From NCBI GenBank assembly GCA_041665005.1, contig JBAYJR010000004.1, positions 20,669-84,668 of the forward strand: 64,000 nt of DNA. Reading direction: 5' to 3'. The notes beneath the pieces were generated by a model that saw nothing but the letters and a program-made list of their open reading frames with translations, was not told where the DNA came from and did no database searches. The position numbers and the translations under genes were made by a program. Position 1 is the stretch's first letter, and each line of letters opens with the position of its first letter. The DNA is from Candidatus Buchananbacteria bacterium (GTDB lineage Bacteria > Patescibacteriota > Patescibacteriia > 2-01-FULL-39-33 > JBAYJR01). Shown one piece after another: positions 19,876-30,617 of this stretch.

Positions 19876-21129
19876 TTATTTTAATAATTCTAAAGCCTTA
19901 GTTAATTGTGGGTCATTACCATTTTTAATATCGCTATCTAACAATTTTACCTCCAAATTTGGCTTTATGCCAACTTCATCAATCGTCCGACCCAAAGGAG
20001 TCAACCATTTAGCAATGGTCAATTTAACCGAAGAACCATCGGGTAGTTTATTCAAATCTTGAACCGAACCCTTACCAAAAGTTTTTTCACCAACCAAAGT
20101 AGCTAATTTATAATCCTGTAAAGCACCGGCCACTATCTCAGAAGCCGAGGCACTACCACCATCAACCAGTACTACTGTTTTTGTTTTGCCTAACCGGGGT
20201 TCTATTGCCGAATTATAAATTTCTTGGCGCTGATCAGAAAATTTTTCAATCACCGCTGGCTTGCCATCCAGCCATTCCCCTGCTACATCGATAGCTACAT
20301 CTAAAAATCCACCGGGATTACCTCGTAAATCCAAAATTAAACCACGCGGTTTTTCTAATAAAATATCGGCCACCGCCTGGCTAAATCTTTCTTTGGTGTC
20401 TTCATTAAAATGAGAAATTTTAATGTATGCTATTTTGTCTGCCTTAATTTCCCAACTAACACTAACAATTTTAATAGTGTCTCGCATAATTGAAAATTCC
20501 AATGGTTTATCCTGACCCTCTCTAATTATGACTAACTTAACTGTAGTACCACGTTTACCCCGAATTATGTTAACTGCCTGGTCCACCGCCATACTAGTTG
20601 TATCGATATTATTAATCCCAGCAATTACGTCACCAGACTTTAAACCAGCCTTAGCCGCCGGAGTTTCCGGCAAAGATGAAATTACTGTTAAACGATTTTG
20701 GCGAATGCCAATTTCTGCACCAATCCCCTCAAAACTACCACTCAAATCTTCCGTAAATTTTTTAGAAATTTCTGGTGGTAAAAAAACCGAATAAGGATCC
20801 GCTAACGAGGCCACAATACCAGACAAGGCCCCATAAAACAATTGCGTGTCAGGAATATCTTTTTTATAATAATTTTGCTTAATCAAAGTAACTACTTTAT
20901 TAAACAAAGAAAAATCTACATCTTTACTTAAATAGTCAGGACGTTGAACGGGAGTATTTAATACTTGACCATTAATCATCTCGCTGCCATTTAAATTGAC
21001 CGAGGTTTCGACTTTATGACCAAAATAAAAACCAATCACAAAAGTTAACAACAGCAAAACTGCCGAAATATATAGACTTAAATACTTACTCCAAACAAAG
21101 CCCTTCATTCTCTCTAATAATTTAATCAT
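19876..21129 (-). CDS. Carboxy-terminal processing protease (S41, PDZ)
   Basis: DPYS, GIGAEI, LDLRGNPGG, SASASEI, TFGKGSVQ. Confidence 0.93.
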   Translation of the reverse strand: MIKLLERMKGFVWSKYLSLYISAVLLLLTFVIGFYFGHKVETSVNLNGSEMINGQVLNTPVQRPDYLSKDVDFSLFNKVVTLIKQNYYKKDIPDTQLFYGALSGIVASLADPYSVFLPPEISKKFTEDLSGSFEGIGAEIGIRQNRLTVISSLPETPAAKAGLKSGDVIAGINNIDTTSMAVDQAVNIIRGKRGTTVKLVIIREGQDKPLEFSIMRDTIKIVSVSWEIKADKIAYIKISHFNEDTKERFSQAVADILLEKPRGLILDLRGNPGGFLDVAIDVAGEWLDGKPAVIEKFSDQRQEIYNSAIEPRLGKTKTVVLVDGGSASASEIVAGALQDYKLATLVGEKTFGKGSVQDLNKLPDGSSVKLTIAKWLTPLGRTIDEVGIKPNLEVKLLDSDIKNGNDPQLTKALELLK

Positions 21130-21431
21130 AATTAGTTAAATAATTGTTTCAATTTAATACTAATATTTTAACAAATTTAACAAAAATAGGCAAAATATTA
21201 AAGAAAAGTAAAACCTTATTTATTTTTTAATAACCATTTTTTTATTAAATTTTAACCTTGTCAATACCAAGTTATAATGCTAGAATACTCAAAGAAAACA
21301 TGTCCATCACAAGCAATTTAGAGGCCCGCTGTGTATAGGCAGGACAAAAACCAAAAGATAACATTTTTTATAAGAAGCAAAACAACAACTTAAAAAATAA
21401 TCAAAAAAAATTATTAAATTTTCTACGGAGT

Positions 21432-22688
21432 ATGGAAAAATATCAAATTATTGGTGGTAATCAATTAACTGGCGAAATACCAGTAGCTGGAGCCAAAAAT
21501 GCGGCTTTAAAAATTTTAGCCGCCAGTTTATTATCCACCAAACCCTTGACAATTACCAATTTACCAGTTATTGAAGATATCAATCGCATGAAAGATTTAT
21601 TGCTAGATTTGGGTGCAAAGATTTCGAATACTACCACTAGTACCATCATTGACACATCAACAGTAGCTAAAACTTCCCCCACCCCAGAGCTAGTACGTAA
21701 ACTCCGTTCTTCGGTAATGCTAGCTGGCCCATTATTGGCTAGATTTGGCGAGGTAACCCTAGTTCATCCCGGTGGTTGTATTATCGGCAAACGACCGATT
21801 GACCTGTTCTTGGAGGGTTTTAAGGCCTTAGGCGCTGAAGTAGTTGAACAAGCCGACGGCTACCAATTAAAGGCTAAAAAACTAACTGGTGCAAAAATTA
21901 TTTTACCAAAAGTCAGCGTTACCGTAACCGAAGCTATAATGATGACTGCCACCTTGGCCAACGGTACAACTAGAATAATTAATGCGGCAATGGAGCCAGA
22001 GATCCCGGCCTTGGCTGATTATCTAAACAACCAAGGAGCCAAAATTTCTGGAGCCGGCACTTCTGAAATTATCATTGAAGGCGTACAAGAATTATCCGCC
22101 GGCGAATTTACTTTAATCCCCGACCGTATTGAAACCGGTACCTTTGTTATCCTGGGTGCCCTGACTAATAGTGAAATTACCGTTACTAATTGCCAACCGG
22201 CTCACTTGGAAATTTTATGGTCGATCTTACAAAAAATTGGCGTGCCCTTAGAAATTGGAACAAATCAGATAACCACCAAACCTTGGAAAAAATTACAAGC
22301 CAACGATTTAATTACTCATGAATATCCGGGTTTTCCTACGGATCTGCAAGCACCGATGACGGTATTGCTAACCCAGGCCCAAGGCCCTAGCTTAATTCAT
22401 GAAACAATTTTCGAAGGTCGGCTATTTTACACAGACATTTTAAACCAAATGGGTGCTAATATTATTATGTGCGACCCACATCGGGTAGTGGTTAATGGCC
22501 CAACTAAATTATTCGGCCGCCATTTAACTAGCCCTGATTTACGCGCAGGCATGGCCTTAGTCTTGGCCGCCTTAATTGCTGAAGGTAATTCGGAGATTGA
22601 AAATATTTATCAAATTGATCGCGGTTATTCTAATATCGTTTCGCGTTTAGGAAAACTGGGGGCAAAAATTAACAAGATTACTGAGTAA
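21432..22688 (+). CDS. murA: UDP-N-acetylglucosamine 1-carboxyvinyltransferase
   Basis: GAKNAAL, PGGCIIGKRP, DRIETGT, PGFPTDLQ, DLRAG, DRGY. Confidence 0.97.
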   Translation: MEKYQIIGGNQLTGEIPVAGAKNAALKILAASLLSTKPLTITNLPVIEDINRMKDLLLDLGAKISNTTTSTIIDTSTVAKTSPTPELVRKLRSSVMLAGPLLARFGEVTLVHPGGCIIGKRPIDLFLEGFKALGAEVVEQADGYQLKAKKLTGAKIILPKVSVTVTEAIMMTATLANGTTRIINAAMEPEIPALADYLNNQGAKISGAGTSEIIIEGVQELSAGEFTLIPDRIETGTFVILGALTNSEITVTNCQPAHLEILWSILQKIGVPLEIGTNQITTKPWKKLQANDLITHEYPGFPTDLQAPMTVLLTQAQGPSLIHETIFEGRLFYTDILNQMGANIIMCDPHRVVVNGPTKLFGRHLTSPDLRAGMALVLAALIAEGNSEIENIYQIDRGYSNIVSRLGKLGAKINKITE

Positions 22689-22693
22689 AGTTT

Positions 22694-24019
22694 ATGACCC
22701 TTTTACAAAAGAGATTTATCTACAGTGGCTTCTTTCTATTATTTGCTATTTCAACTCCTCTATTAATTTTTTACACCGCCGGCTATAGCTACAATACCAA
22801 ACGCGGTGCTTTACAGAATACTGGTTTAATTATGGTTGAAGCAAAACCAAAAAGCTTAAATATATTATTAAATAATATCCTGGTTGCACAACAAACGCCA
22901 GCCCGTATCAAAGATTTAACGCCAGGAAAGTATTTGCTGACCTTAGCTAAAGACAACTATTACCCCTGGGAAAAAAATATAACCATCACTGCTGATCAAG
23001 CTAATTTTATCCAAAATATTACTTTAATTAAAAAAAACATACCCCAACAATTATTTGAAGCTGAAGAATCAAATATTAAACCTTTATTTAACGCTAATAA
23101 AATCCTTTATTTGGCCAAGGCCAAGACTGCTCCAGAACTAATAATTTATGACCTGACAAATAATCAAACACAAAAAATTTATACCTTTAAAACAGGTGAA
23201 AAAATAGAACTACTAGCAGTGGCGCCTAGCGAAAATAAGATACTACTTAAAAATTCTCTCAATAATTACTCCATTTTTAATTTAAGTACAAACGAAATCT
23301 TTAACTTAACCACCTTAATTGGCAAAACTTCAACCATTAAGTGGCATTTGTCTGATGACAATATTGTTTATTTTACTAACTCCCAAGGCTTGTGGCAAGC
23401 CGATTTATTTAATGGTAAAAAAATCTTAGTTGAATCAGTAACCAACTTATCGGATTTTTGGCTAACGGAAAAACAAAAAATTACAATCTTTAAAGTAAAT
23501 GACCGAAACTTATTTAAATACCAAGATTTGCTAACCAACTGGCAGCAAGTTGGCACCATAAAAAATAATCTAAAAATTTGGGGGGTATGGCAAAATAAAA
23601 TTATTTTCAAAGACCCAATAAATCAAGAAGTTTTAGTTGCTGATATTTTTTCTACCGAAAAACAACAAAGACTAATGGCTAAAAATTTAATTTGGTGGGA
23701 CGACCACACCTTACTAACATACACTGACTGGGAGATAAGCTTTTACAGCTTAACCGAGGAAAAATCCTATTTGATTAATCGCTATGGCGAAAAAATTCAG
23801 GCTCTGACTACATTAGATCAAAACCGCCGACTGGTTTTAGTTTTAAACAACAACCTACAACTCATGGAATTAGCTGACACCGAAAGACTAAATAATTTAG
23901 ACTTACTAAAAACCGAGAAAATTAGTAATCTCTCGGTTGACTTGACCGGCAAAAACTTGTTTTTCTCAGCCCAAATTGGCCAACAAAGTGGTTATTACTT
24001 ATTAAATTTACTTGACTAG
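22694..24019 (+). CDS. Membrane-anchored PEGA-domain protein
   Basis: N-terminal TM, then G-x-I-x-V...LTPGKYLLTLAKDNYYPWEK; beta-rich C-terminus. Confidence 0.75.
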   Translation: MTLLQKRFIYSGFFLLFAISTPLLIFYTAGYSYNTKRGALQNTGLIMVEAKPKSLNILLNNILVAQQTPARIKDLTPGKYLLTLAKDNYYPWEKNITITADQANFIQNITLIKKNIPQQLFEAEESNIKPLFNANKILYLAKAKTAPELIIYDLTNNQTQKIYTFKTGEKIELLAVAPSENKILLKNSLNNYSIFNLSTNEIFNLTTLIGKTSTIKWHLSDDNIVYFTNSQGLWQADLFNGKKILVESVTNLSDFWLTEKQKITIFKVNDRNLFKYQDLLTNWQQVGTIKNNLKIWGVWQNKIIFKDPINQEVLVADIFSTEKQQRLMAKNLIWWDDHTLLTYTDWEISFYSLTEEKSYLINRYGEKIQALTTLDQNRRLVLVLNNNLQLMELADTERLNNLDLLKTEKISNLSVDLTGKNLFFSAQIGQQSGYYLLNLLD

Positions 24020-24421
24020 CGCCTGTTTAATTTTTTCTTGATACTGAGCTATTTCTTCTGGTTGATAGACCTTACTTGGCCAATTAGTCAGACCATCATT
24101 TTTTTTACGCGGAATCAAATGAAAATGTAAATGCTCAATTACCTGCCCAGCAACTGCACCATTATTTACTCCTAAGTTAAAGCCCTCAGCCTGGCTGCCA
24201 GCTACCACAGCAGGAGCAATTTTTTTAATAACCGCCAAAACCGCTGCTAAATCAGTTTCCTCGGCTGCAGGTAAATCAAGATAATGCTTTTTAGGAATAA
24301 CTATTGTGTGACCTTTGGTGGTGGGATTGATATCTAAAAAAGCTAAAACCGAGTCATCTTCATAAATTTTATAGCTGGAAACTTCGCCGGCCACAATTCT
24401 ACAAAAAACACAATTTGACAT
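24008..24421 (-). CDS. HIT family nucleotide hydrolase
   Basis: CVFCRI, AFLDINP, GHT, HLHFHLIPR. Confidence 0.95.
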   Translation of the reverse strand: MSNCVFCRIVAGEVSSYKIYEDDSVLAFLDINPTTKGHTIVIPKKHYLDLPAAEETDLAAVLAVIKKIAPAVVAGSQAEGFNLGVNNGAVAGQVIEHLHFHLIPRKKNDGLTNWPSKVYQPEEIAQYQEKIKQALVK

Positions 24422-24425
24422 AAAT

Positions 24426-26027
24426 TTAGGGATTTATTTTATATAAGTAGCCCAGCTGAGCGAAAGAGCCTACCAACTTAGCCGTCAACTGAGAATTTTT
24501 AGTTAAATAATCTATCTCGGTTTGATTAGAGCTATAAAAATAAACCGGTACGGCCTTGGCCAGTAAACTGATGTTGGCCAAAAATCTTGGCTCCTGCCAA
24601 TAAAAAATTACTTTACGAGTGGGGAAAAATATTTTATCACTATAGCTACTTATAATAATAGAATTTTCCTCAGTCAACAACCTAACTTTTTGGTTAATTT
24701 GTTGATAACCGCCAATGGTTTGCTTAATCGCCGCTAAACTTTCAGGGCCAATTTTCACCACCGTTTGATAAGCACAAAAAAAACAACCAATTAATAAAAC
24801 AATTAAAATAATATTCTGCCAAATAACTTTTTTAAACAGCAAGGCTAGCCAATCTATAAAATAGGCAGCCCAAGGTAACAAACTAAGATAAAAAGGCAAA
24901 AAATAGCGAACCTGGGAAGAACCGATTGAAACTTGCTGCATAACATTGTCATAAAAAAACCAACTACCATAAAACAACCAAATTAAAACGCTAACCATTA
25001 AACTGCCCACCAAATACTGCTGCTGACTTTTGGTTAATCTTTTTTGGCGGTGGTAAACAACTGCCAAGACTAATCCGGCCAAAACTAAACTGGCTGGCAA
25101 CCAAAAAATCTTTAGCCAATAACCATAAAAATTATACAGAATATTTTTTAAAACTAAGCCGTGTGGTAAAATAATTTTTTGCAGCAAAGACCAAATTCCG
25201 CCACCCGCCGCTATTTTGCTTAGACCCTCTGGTACATAACCGGTAACAAATGGGCTATTAAACAACTGCTGTTGGCCAATTAGCACTGGCACAAAGCAAA
25301 AAAAGACTAGCAATCCCGCTAAGGCAAACTTAACCAAATTATTAGTTTTAGTTCGCCAAAGCAGCAAACCAATCAGCAAAACCCCTACCCAAAATATTTC
25401 TGAAGTTCTTAAAATTAAGGCTAGACCAAAAGTAAAATTTGCCAATAAAAAATAAACCACTTGTTCTTTCAAAAAATATTTCTGAAAAAAATATAAACCG
25501 ATAATTATTAAATCTATAAATAAAATATTATTAAACAAAGCTCGGGCGTTATAATACCAAAAGGCCGGAAAAATAATCAACAAAAAAGTGGCCACCAAAG
25601 CCACTCTTTCTCTAAAAATATTTTTTAACAGCAAATAAAAGCAAACAATAGCCAAGCCGGAAACGATTGGCGTAACTACCGGAATAGCCCAAGCACCAAA
25701 GATTTGTCCAATCAAGCCTAATAACAAAATAAAACCCAACCAACTACCGGGCACAATACTTTTATTAACTACCGTCGTACTACGCGGATGAACTAAATTT
25801 AATTCCCCCGAAAGATAATTCAAAGGCTCTAGTTTGGCTAAACTCTGACCTTGCGCTAAGCGACTGCTAAAAAAATAATTAGCCGTTTCATCCGGAGTGT
25901 TAAAAATAAAAATATCACTGCCAAACTGCGCCGGTCGCAAAAACCAATAAAAAGAGGCATAAGCAACGCTGGCCAGTATAGCCAAAATTATCACCCAAAA
26001 AATATTTTTTTTAAGTAAATCCAACAT
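24426..26027 (-). CDS. GT-C type membrane glycosyltransferase (ArnT/PMT-like)
   Basis: Many TM segments, PDE motif in first loop, RYFLP motif. Confidence 0.7.
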   Translation of the reverse strand: MLDLLKKNIFWVIILAILASVAYASFYWFLRPAQFGSDIFIFNTPDETANYFFSSRLAQGQSLAKLEPLNYLSGELNLVHPRSTTVVNKSIVPGSWLGFILLLGLIGQIFGAWAIPVVTPIVSGLAIVCFYLLLKNIFRERVALVATFLLIIFPAFWYYNARALFNNILFIDLIIIGLYFFQKYFLKEQVVYFLLANFTFGLALILRTSEIFWVGVLLIGLLLWRTKTNNLVKFALAGLLVFFCFVPVLIGQQQLFNSPFVTGYVPEGLSKIAAGGGIWSLLQKIILPHGLVLKNILYNFYGYWLKIFWLPASLVLAGLVLAVVYHRQKRLTKSQQQYLVGSLMVSVLIWLFYGSWFFYDNVMQQVSIGSSQVRYFLPFYLSLLPWAAYFIDWLALLFKKVIWQNIILIVLLIGCFFCAYQTVVKIGPESLAAIKQTIGGYQQINQKVRLLTEENSIIISSYSDKIFFPTRKVIFYWQEPRFLANISLLAKAVPVYFYSSNQTEIDYLTKNSQLTAKLVGSFAQLGYLYKINP

Positions 26028-26866
26028 TATTTAAGTTTAAATAATTGATTAGCGTTTTGCCAGGTTTGCGCAACTACCTGAGCTAATTCTAACTCTTTTA
26101 ACTCCGCAACCTTTTTGGCCACAAATTCTACATGCAACGGCTCGTTACGCTGGCCGCGAAAAGGCTCAGGCGCTAAATATGGCGCGTCAGTTTCAATTAA
26201 CATCTTCTCGGCTGAAATATTTTTAATTACCGCTTGCAGCTTGTCAGTTTTAGAAAAAGTAATCACCCCGGTAAATCCTAAGCTTAAATTCAAGTTTAAA
26301 AAAATTTCTGCCAAGGACCAATCCGCGGTAAAACAATGCACTACTCCCCTAATCTCACCAAACCCCTTAACCAAGCTAATTAGATCTTGATACGCCTTGC
26401 TCGGATTATCTTTAGCACCTCTGACGTGGATAATTACTGGCAAATCAAAATCTTTGGCTAATTGTAAGTGCTGCAAAAAAACCTCACTTTGAATTTTTTT
26501 CGCCGATTCTAGATCCGATTGTAAATGAAAATAATCTAGACCAGTTTCACCAATCGCTACTATTTTTTCGTTTGGCAACATCTTTTTAAATTCTTTAATA
26601 ACTTCCGCCGCGCTTAATTTGGCTTTTTCTTCGACAATTGCTTCTTCATGATCAACTTCAGAATCAGTAACATGAATTGGGTGTAACCCTAAAGAAGCAT
26701 ACAGACCAGGATATTTCTGCGCCAACTCCAAAGCCATACGAGAAGTTGGTAACTGTGAACCGACATTAACTACTCGCATACCAGCCGCCAAGGTCCGCAA
26801 AATAACCGCTTCGCGATCAGCGGCGAAACCCTGAAAATTTAAATGAGCATGACTATCAAACAGCAT
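26027..26866 (-). CDS. tatD: TatD family nuclease
   Basis: DSHAHL, GLHP, GETGLD, HCF, ETDAPYLAP. Confidence 0.93.
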   Translation of the reverse strand: MLFDSHAHLNFQGFAADREAVILRTLAAGMRVVNVGSQLPTSRMALELAQKYPGLYASLGLHPIHVTDSEVDHEEAIVEEKAKLSAAEVIKEFKKMLPNEKIVAIGETGLDYFHLQSDLESAKKIQSEVFLQHLQLAKDFDLPVIIHVRGAKDNPSKAYQDLISLVKGFGEIRGVVHCFTADWSLAEIFLNLNLSLGFTGVITFSKTDKLQAVIKNISAEKMLIETDAPYLAPEPFRGQRNEPLHVEFVAKKVAELKELELAQVVAQTWQNANQLFKLK

Positions 26867-26936
26867 AATTTAAAATTTAAAAAGCAAAATGTAAAATTAT
26901 AAATTAAAAATTATAACTTATTATCTACTCCGATTT

Positions 26937-27455
26937 TTATATTAAAGCCTGTAAACGACGCACTGCTTCTGGCACTAACCACAACACCACGTTAGTTAAC
27001 GAAACTACCCAAGCGGCCACTGGTGAGGCTACAATTTCGCTACTTAGCCACTCATTAACCGGGTAACGGGCACTAATAAAAATTAACAAACCACAAATTA
27101 AGGCTCCTTCTACTAGTCCCAAGACTGCGCCAATCAAGCGATTAAAAGTTTTTAAAAACGGCACAAAAGAAATTAAATCATACGCTTTGTTTAACAAGGC
27201 AAAAATTATTGCCACTACCCGATCAATGATAATAAAAATTAAAACAAAAGCTACTATCAAGGCCCAATTATCCGCCCCCATAAAAAATGGACTAAGCCAA
27301 CCAGCCACCACCTCATACCATTGGCCAGCGGCAAAAACCCCCAAGGCTAGGCCAACAATCCCACCAAAAGTTTGAATGGCCCCGACGGCATAACCAAAAC
27401 CCACAAAGAAAAAAACAATCACCATTAGAGCTACGTCTAAAATTGTAAATGTCAT
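26937..27455 (-). CDS. cvpA: CvpA family membrane protein
   Basis: N-terminal ILD, four TM segments, NRLIGAVLGLVEG. Confidence 0.8.
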   Translation of the reverse strand: MTFTILDVALMVIVFFFVGFGYAVGAIQTFGGIVGLALGVFAAGQWYEVVAGWLSPFFMGADNWALIVAFVLIFIIIDRVVAIIFALLNKAYDLISFVPFLKTFNRLIGAVLGLVEGALICGLLIFISARYPVNEWLSSEIVASPVAAWVVSLTNVVLWLVPEAVRRLQALI

Positions 27456-27490
27456 AAATTTAAACTTAATTTTAAAATTATTTGATCTTT

Positions 27491-28921
27491 TTAATTTAGC
27501 CGGGGAAATAAATTGCTAATTTTTTCAATTTTATCCACCGTTAAACCTTGAATAATTTTTTCGGCTGTTTGTGGTAAAAATGGTTGCAGCTGATACGCCG
27601 CAGTTAGAATCTGGCTGGTATAACTACTGAGAGCCTCTGCTAATTCCTGTTGCTTCCCCTCTTTAGCCAGCGCCCAAGGCTTATCGGTATTAATTTGGCC
27701 ATCCACCGCGCTCAAATTGCGCCAAATTTTAGCCAACGCTTCGTTGAATTGATAATTGTCTAACTCAGTCTTAATTTCACCTAGCGCCTGACCGCCATCA
27801 ACTCTCAACTCAAGCTTAATATTATTACTAGCGATCAAGTTAGTCACCCGCGAAACTAAATTACCCAAGCCATTAGCCAGGTCTGCGTTGTAACGTAAAC
27901 TAAATTTTTCTTGCGTAAAATCACCATCTTCAAATGGTGGTATTTCACTTAATAAGTAATAACGCACTGCGTCCGTACCAAATTTTTCTACCAAAGTAAA
28001 AGGATTAACTACATTACCTAAGGATTTACTCATTTTTTGGCCACCAGACGTAATAAAACCATGAATTAAAACACGACTGGAATTTGGCAAATCCGCCGAC
28101 ATTAACATCGCTTGCCACATGGCCGTTTGATGACGTAAATTATCCTTACCGGCCGTTTGAACACCGGGCCAAAATTCCTTAAACTTTTTTTCATCGTCTG
28201 GCCAACCTAAACACGAAATATAATTAATCAAAGCATCAAACCAAACATACATTACCTGTTCTTCGTCACCAGGTACTGGGATACCCCAAGGCATTTTATT
28301 TTTTAGGCGGGAGATAGAAAAATCTTGTAAACCATTTTTAACAAAATTAGTAATTTCAGTTTGCCGATGTTTGGGCCAAACAAAATCCGGCTGCTTGGCA
28401 TAAAAATCTAGCAACGGCTGTTGATATTTAGAAAATTTAAAAAAATAATTTTCTTCCTCAATAATCTGTATGGCCAAATTTGGATGAATTGGACATTCGC
28501 CTTCTACTAACTCAGAATCAGTTTTTTCCATTTCGCAGCCCACACAATATTTAGCTAAATAATTTTTTTTGTAAATATCACCCTTTTTATCGCAAAGTTG
28601 CCAAAATTCTTGCGCGGCCAAAATATGCGCGGGATCAGTGGTACGAATAAAATTATTGTATGACAAGTTTAAATTTGCTTTTAGCGCATCAAACTTGGCC
28701 GCGTATTCGTCGCAATAAGCTTGCGGTTCTTTCCCCTCTTCCAGCGCTTTCTGATAAATTTTTAACCCGTGTTCATCGGTGCCGGTGTTAAAAAATACTT
28801 CCGCGCCAAAAAAACGTTGCGCCCGGGCAATAACATCGGCTTGCACGATTTCTAAAGCAAAACCAATGTGTGGTTCCGCATTAACATATGGCAAGGTGGT
28901 GGTAAGATAAAACTTAGACAT
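27491..28921 (-). CDS. metG: Methionine--tRNA ligase
   Basis: PYVNAEPHIG, GTDEHG, YVWFDAL, KMSKS. Confidence 0.97.
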   Translation of the reverse strand: MSKFYLTTTLPYVNAEPHIGFALEIVQADVIARAQRFFGAEVFFNTGTDEHGLKIYQKALEEGKEPQAYCDEYAAKFDALKANLNLSYNNFIRTTDPAHILAAQEFWQLCDKKGDIYKKNYLAKYCVGCEMEKTDSELVEGECPIHPNLAIQIIEEENYFFKFSKYQQPLLDFYAKQPDFVWPKHRQTEITNFVKNGLQDFSISRLKNKMPWGIPVPGDEEQVMYVWFDALINYISCLGWPDDEKKFKEFWPGVQTAGKDNLRHQTAMWQAMLMSADLPNSSRVLIHGFITSGGQKMSKSLGNVVNPFTLVEKFGTDAVRYYLLSEIPPFEDGDFTQEKFSLRYNADLANGLGNLVSRVTNLIASNNIKLELRVDGGQALGEIKTELDNYQFNEALAKIWRNLSAVDGQINTDKPWALAKEGKQQELAEALSSYTSQILTAAYQLQPFLPQTAEKIIQGLTVDKIEKISNLFPRLN

Positions 28922-28956
28922 AACAAAGGTAAAATTTAAATATCAAAATGTAAAAT

Positions 28957-29631
28957 TTAATTTTCAATTATAATTACAAATTCCCCTTTTTCATTCTTTT
29001 TGTCGCTGAGTATCGTTTGTTTAACTTCCGCAACTGTTCCGCGATAGATAGTTTCAAACATTTTAGTTAACTCGCGGCCGATAATAACTGGGCGTTCCGG
29101 AATTAATTTGGCTAAAGCTTCTAAACATTTAACCACGCGATGACTAGATTCGTAAAAAATGACCGGAACCTCACTAGCCACAATTTTTTTATACATCGTT
29201 TCACGACCCTTTTTATGCGGCAAAAATCCCAAAAATAAAAAATTATCTAAAGAAATACCGGCTACACTAATTAAGGTGGCTAACGCCGTAACTCCAGGAA
29301 TGGGCACAATTTGTACTTCTGGCGCCTTTTGTAAGACCTGACTGACCAAATAGCCACCCGGATCACACAGCCCGGGCGTGCCCGCGTCGGATACTACCGC
29401 AATATTTTTACCACTCTGCAACTGCTCTACTAAATAATCAATTTTTTGTACTTTAGAATGCTGATGATAAGAAATAGTCGGCTTGGAAATTTGATAATAA
29501 GCCAACAATTTTTTAGTCTGGCGCGTGTCTTCGCAGGCAATCAAATCCACCTCTTGCAACGTCTTAACCGCGCGAAAAGTAATGTCGGCTAAATTGCCGA
29601 TGGGCGTTGCAATAAGATAAAGATTGGCCAT
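28957..29631 (-). CDS. rsmI: 16S rRNA C1402 2'-O-methyltransferase
   Basis: ATPIGNLxDIT, CEDTR, SDAGTP, RELTK, KGEF. Confidence 0.96.
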   Translation of the reverse strand: MANLYLIATPIGNLADITFRAVKTLQEVDLIACEDTRQTKKLLAYYQISKPTISYHQHSKVQKIDYLVEQLQSGKNIAVVSDAGTPGLCDPGGYLVSQVLQKAPEVQIVPIPGVTALATLISVAGISLDNFLFLGFLPHKKGRETMYKKIVASEVPVIFYESSHRVVKCLEALAKLIPERPVIIGRELTKMFETIYRGTVAEVKQTILSDKKNEKGEFVIIIEN

Positions 29632-29738
29632 AAAACTGTTTATATTTTAACACTTTTTAACAATTCTGACAAATAAAAGACCTCTTGACATTATTAATAA
29701 AAACCTATAAGCTACGGCTATAAAAGGAGGTGGCAAAA

Positions 29739-30236
29739 ATGCCCGAAAAAAATGTAATATGTAAAATTATAGCTACTGCGCAGTTAAAAAAATTTTTTCC
29801 TGAACTAACCTGCGTCAGCGATTATGTGTGCATCCCACTATTTGATGCAGTTTACGAAAAGTTTTGCAACGAAATCAACAAAACAGACAATCCCTACGAC
29901 GTCACTGACATTTGTTATGATGACGGAAGTCAAAAGTACTCCATGCATGGATCCTCACACAGTTACACGTTAGTAATTAAAGGGAAGATCGTCAAACTCA
30001 CGGTACGTGAAAAAAACCTTGACAACTATCGTGAAGATAGCGACTTTATCTGGCAAAAGGATTTGGTTGAATTTGCTGGAAGAGAATCTCTAACCCAAAA
30101 TTTATGCAATCAATTTATTGATTTCATAAAGCAACAGAGGTTGGAAGAGCTACGAGAAGCGGCAAGCAAAAAATTACAAGAAAAAAAGACCCACCACCTA
30201 GCTCCAGAACTTCAATCATATTTCGATCTAGTATAA
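29739..30236 (+). CDS. Hypothetical protein
   Basis: AAGGAGG SD before ATG 29739; TTGACA-17-TAAGCT promoter (29685-29713); hairpin plus T-run at ~30251-30280. Confidence 0.7.
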   Translation: MPEKNVICKIIATAQLKKFFPELTCVSDYVCIPLFDAVYEKFCNEINKTDNPYDVTDICYDDGSQKYSMHGSSHSYTLVIKGKIVKLTVREKNLDNYREDSDFIWQKDLVEFAGRESLTQNLCNQFIDFIKQQRLEELREAASKKLQEKKTHHLAPELQSYFDLV

Positions 30237-30330
30237 GAGACTATTTCTCAACAAGGAATTAACACAATTCCTTGTTTTTTTATCTAGTAATTTTTCTGCT
30301 TTTTGGTAAATTGAAACGCCAATATTATTC

Positions 30331-30608
30331 ACAGAAAGCCTGGGGGTTTGGGGGAACCAATTGAACCCCAGGGATTACTTATAAAAATAAACAAATTATC
30401 AGCTAGTAGCGTGCCAGCCCTAGGCTGGTCCGCCTTGGGCGGAAATTTGTGCCCCCAAAACTTTTGCCTGCCCCGCATGGCGGTGGGTCCTTTTGGTTAC
30501 AAAAGGACAAGAATATTAAGGATGACATTCTACTGAAATTTAATCACTTTGAGAGTAAAAGTGACAACACAAATTAATCTGGATTCTGGGCCAAGCCCGG
30601 AATGACAA
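30331..30608. repeat. ~280-bp structured intergenic repeat, copy 1
   Basis: Colinear similarity with 53975-54253; several hairpins; ends ctggattctgggccaagcccggaatgac. Confidence 0.8.
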
Positions 30609-30617
30609 AAATAAATA

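Noticed and set aside
30348-30536. 62-aa ORF (and 54247..54513)
   Set aside because: They overlap the structured repeat or lie antisense to dut, with no protein-like features.
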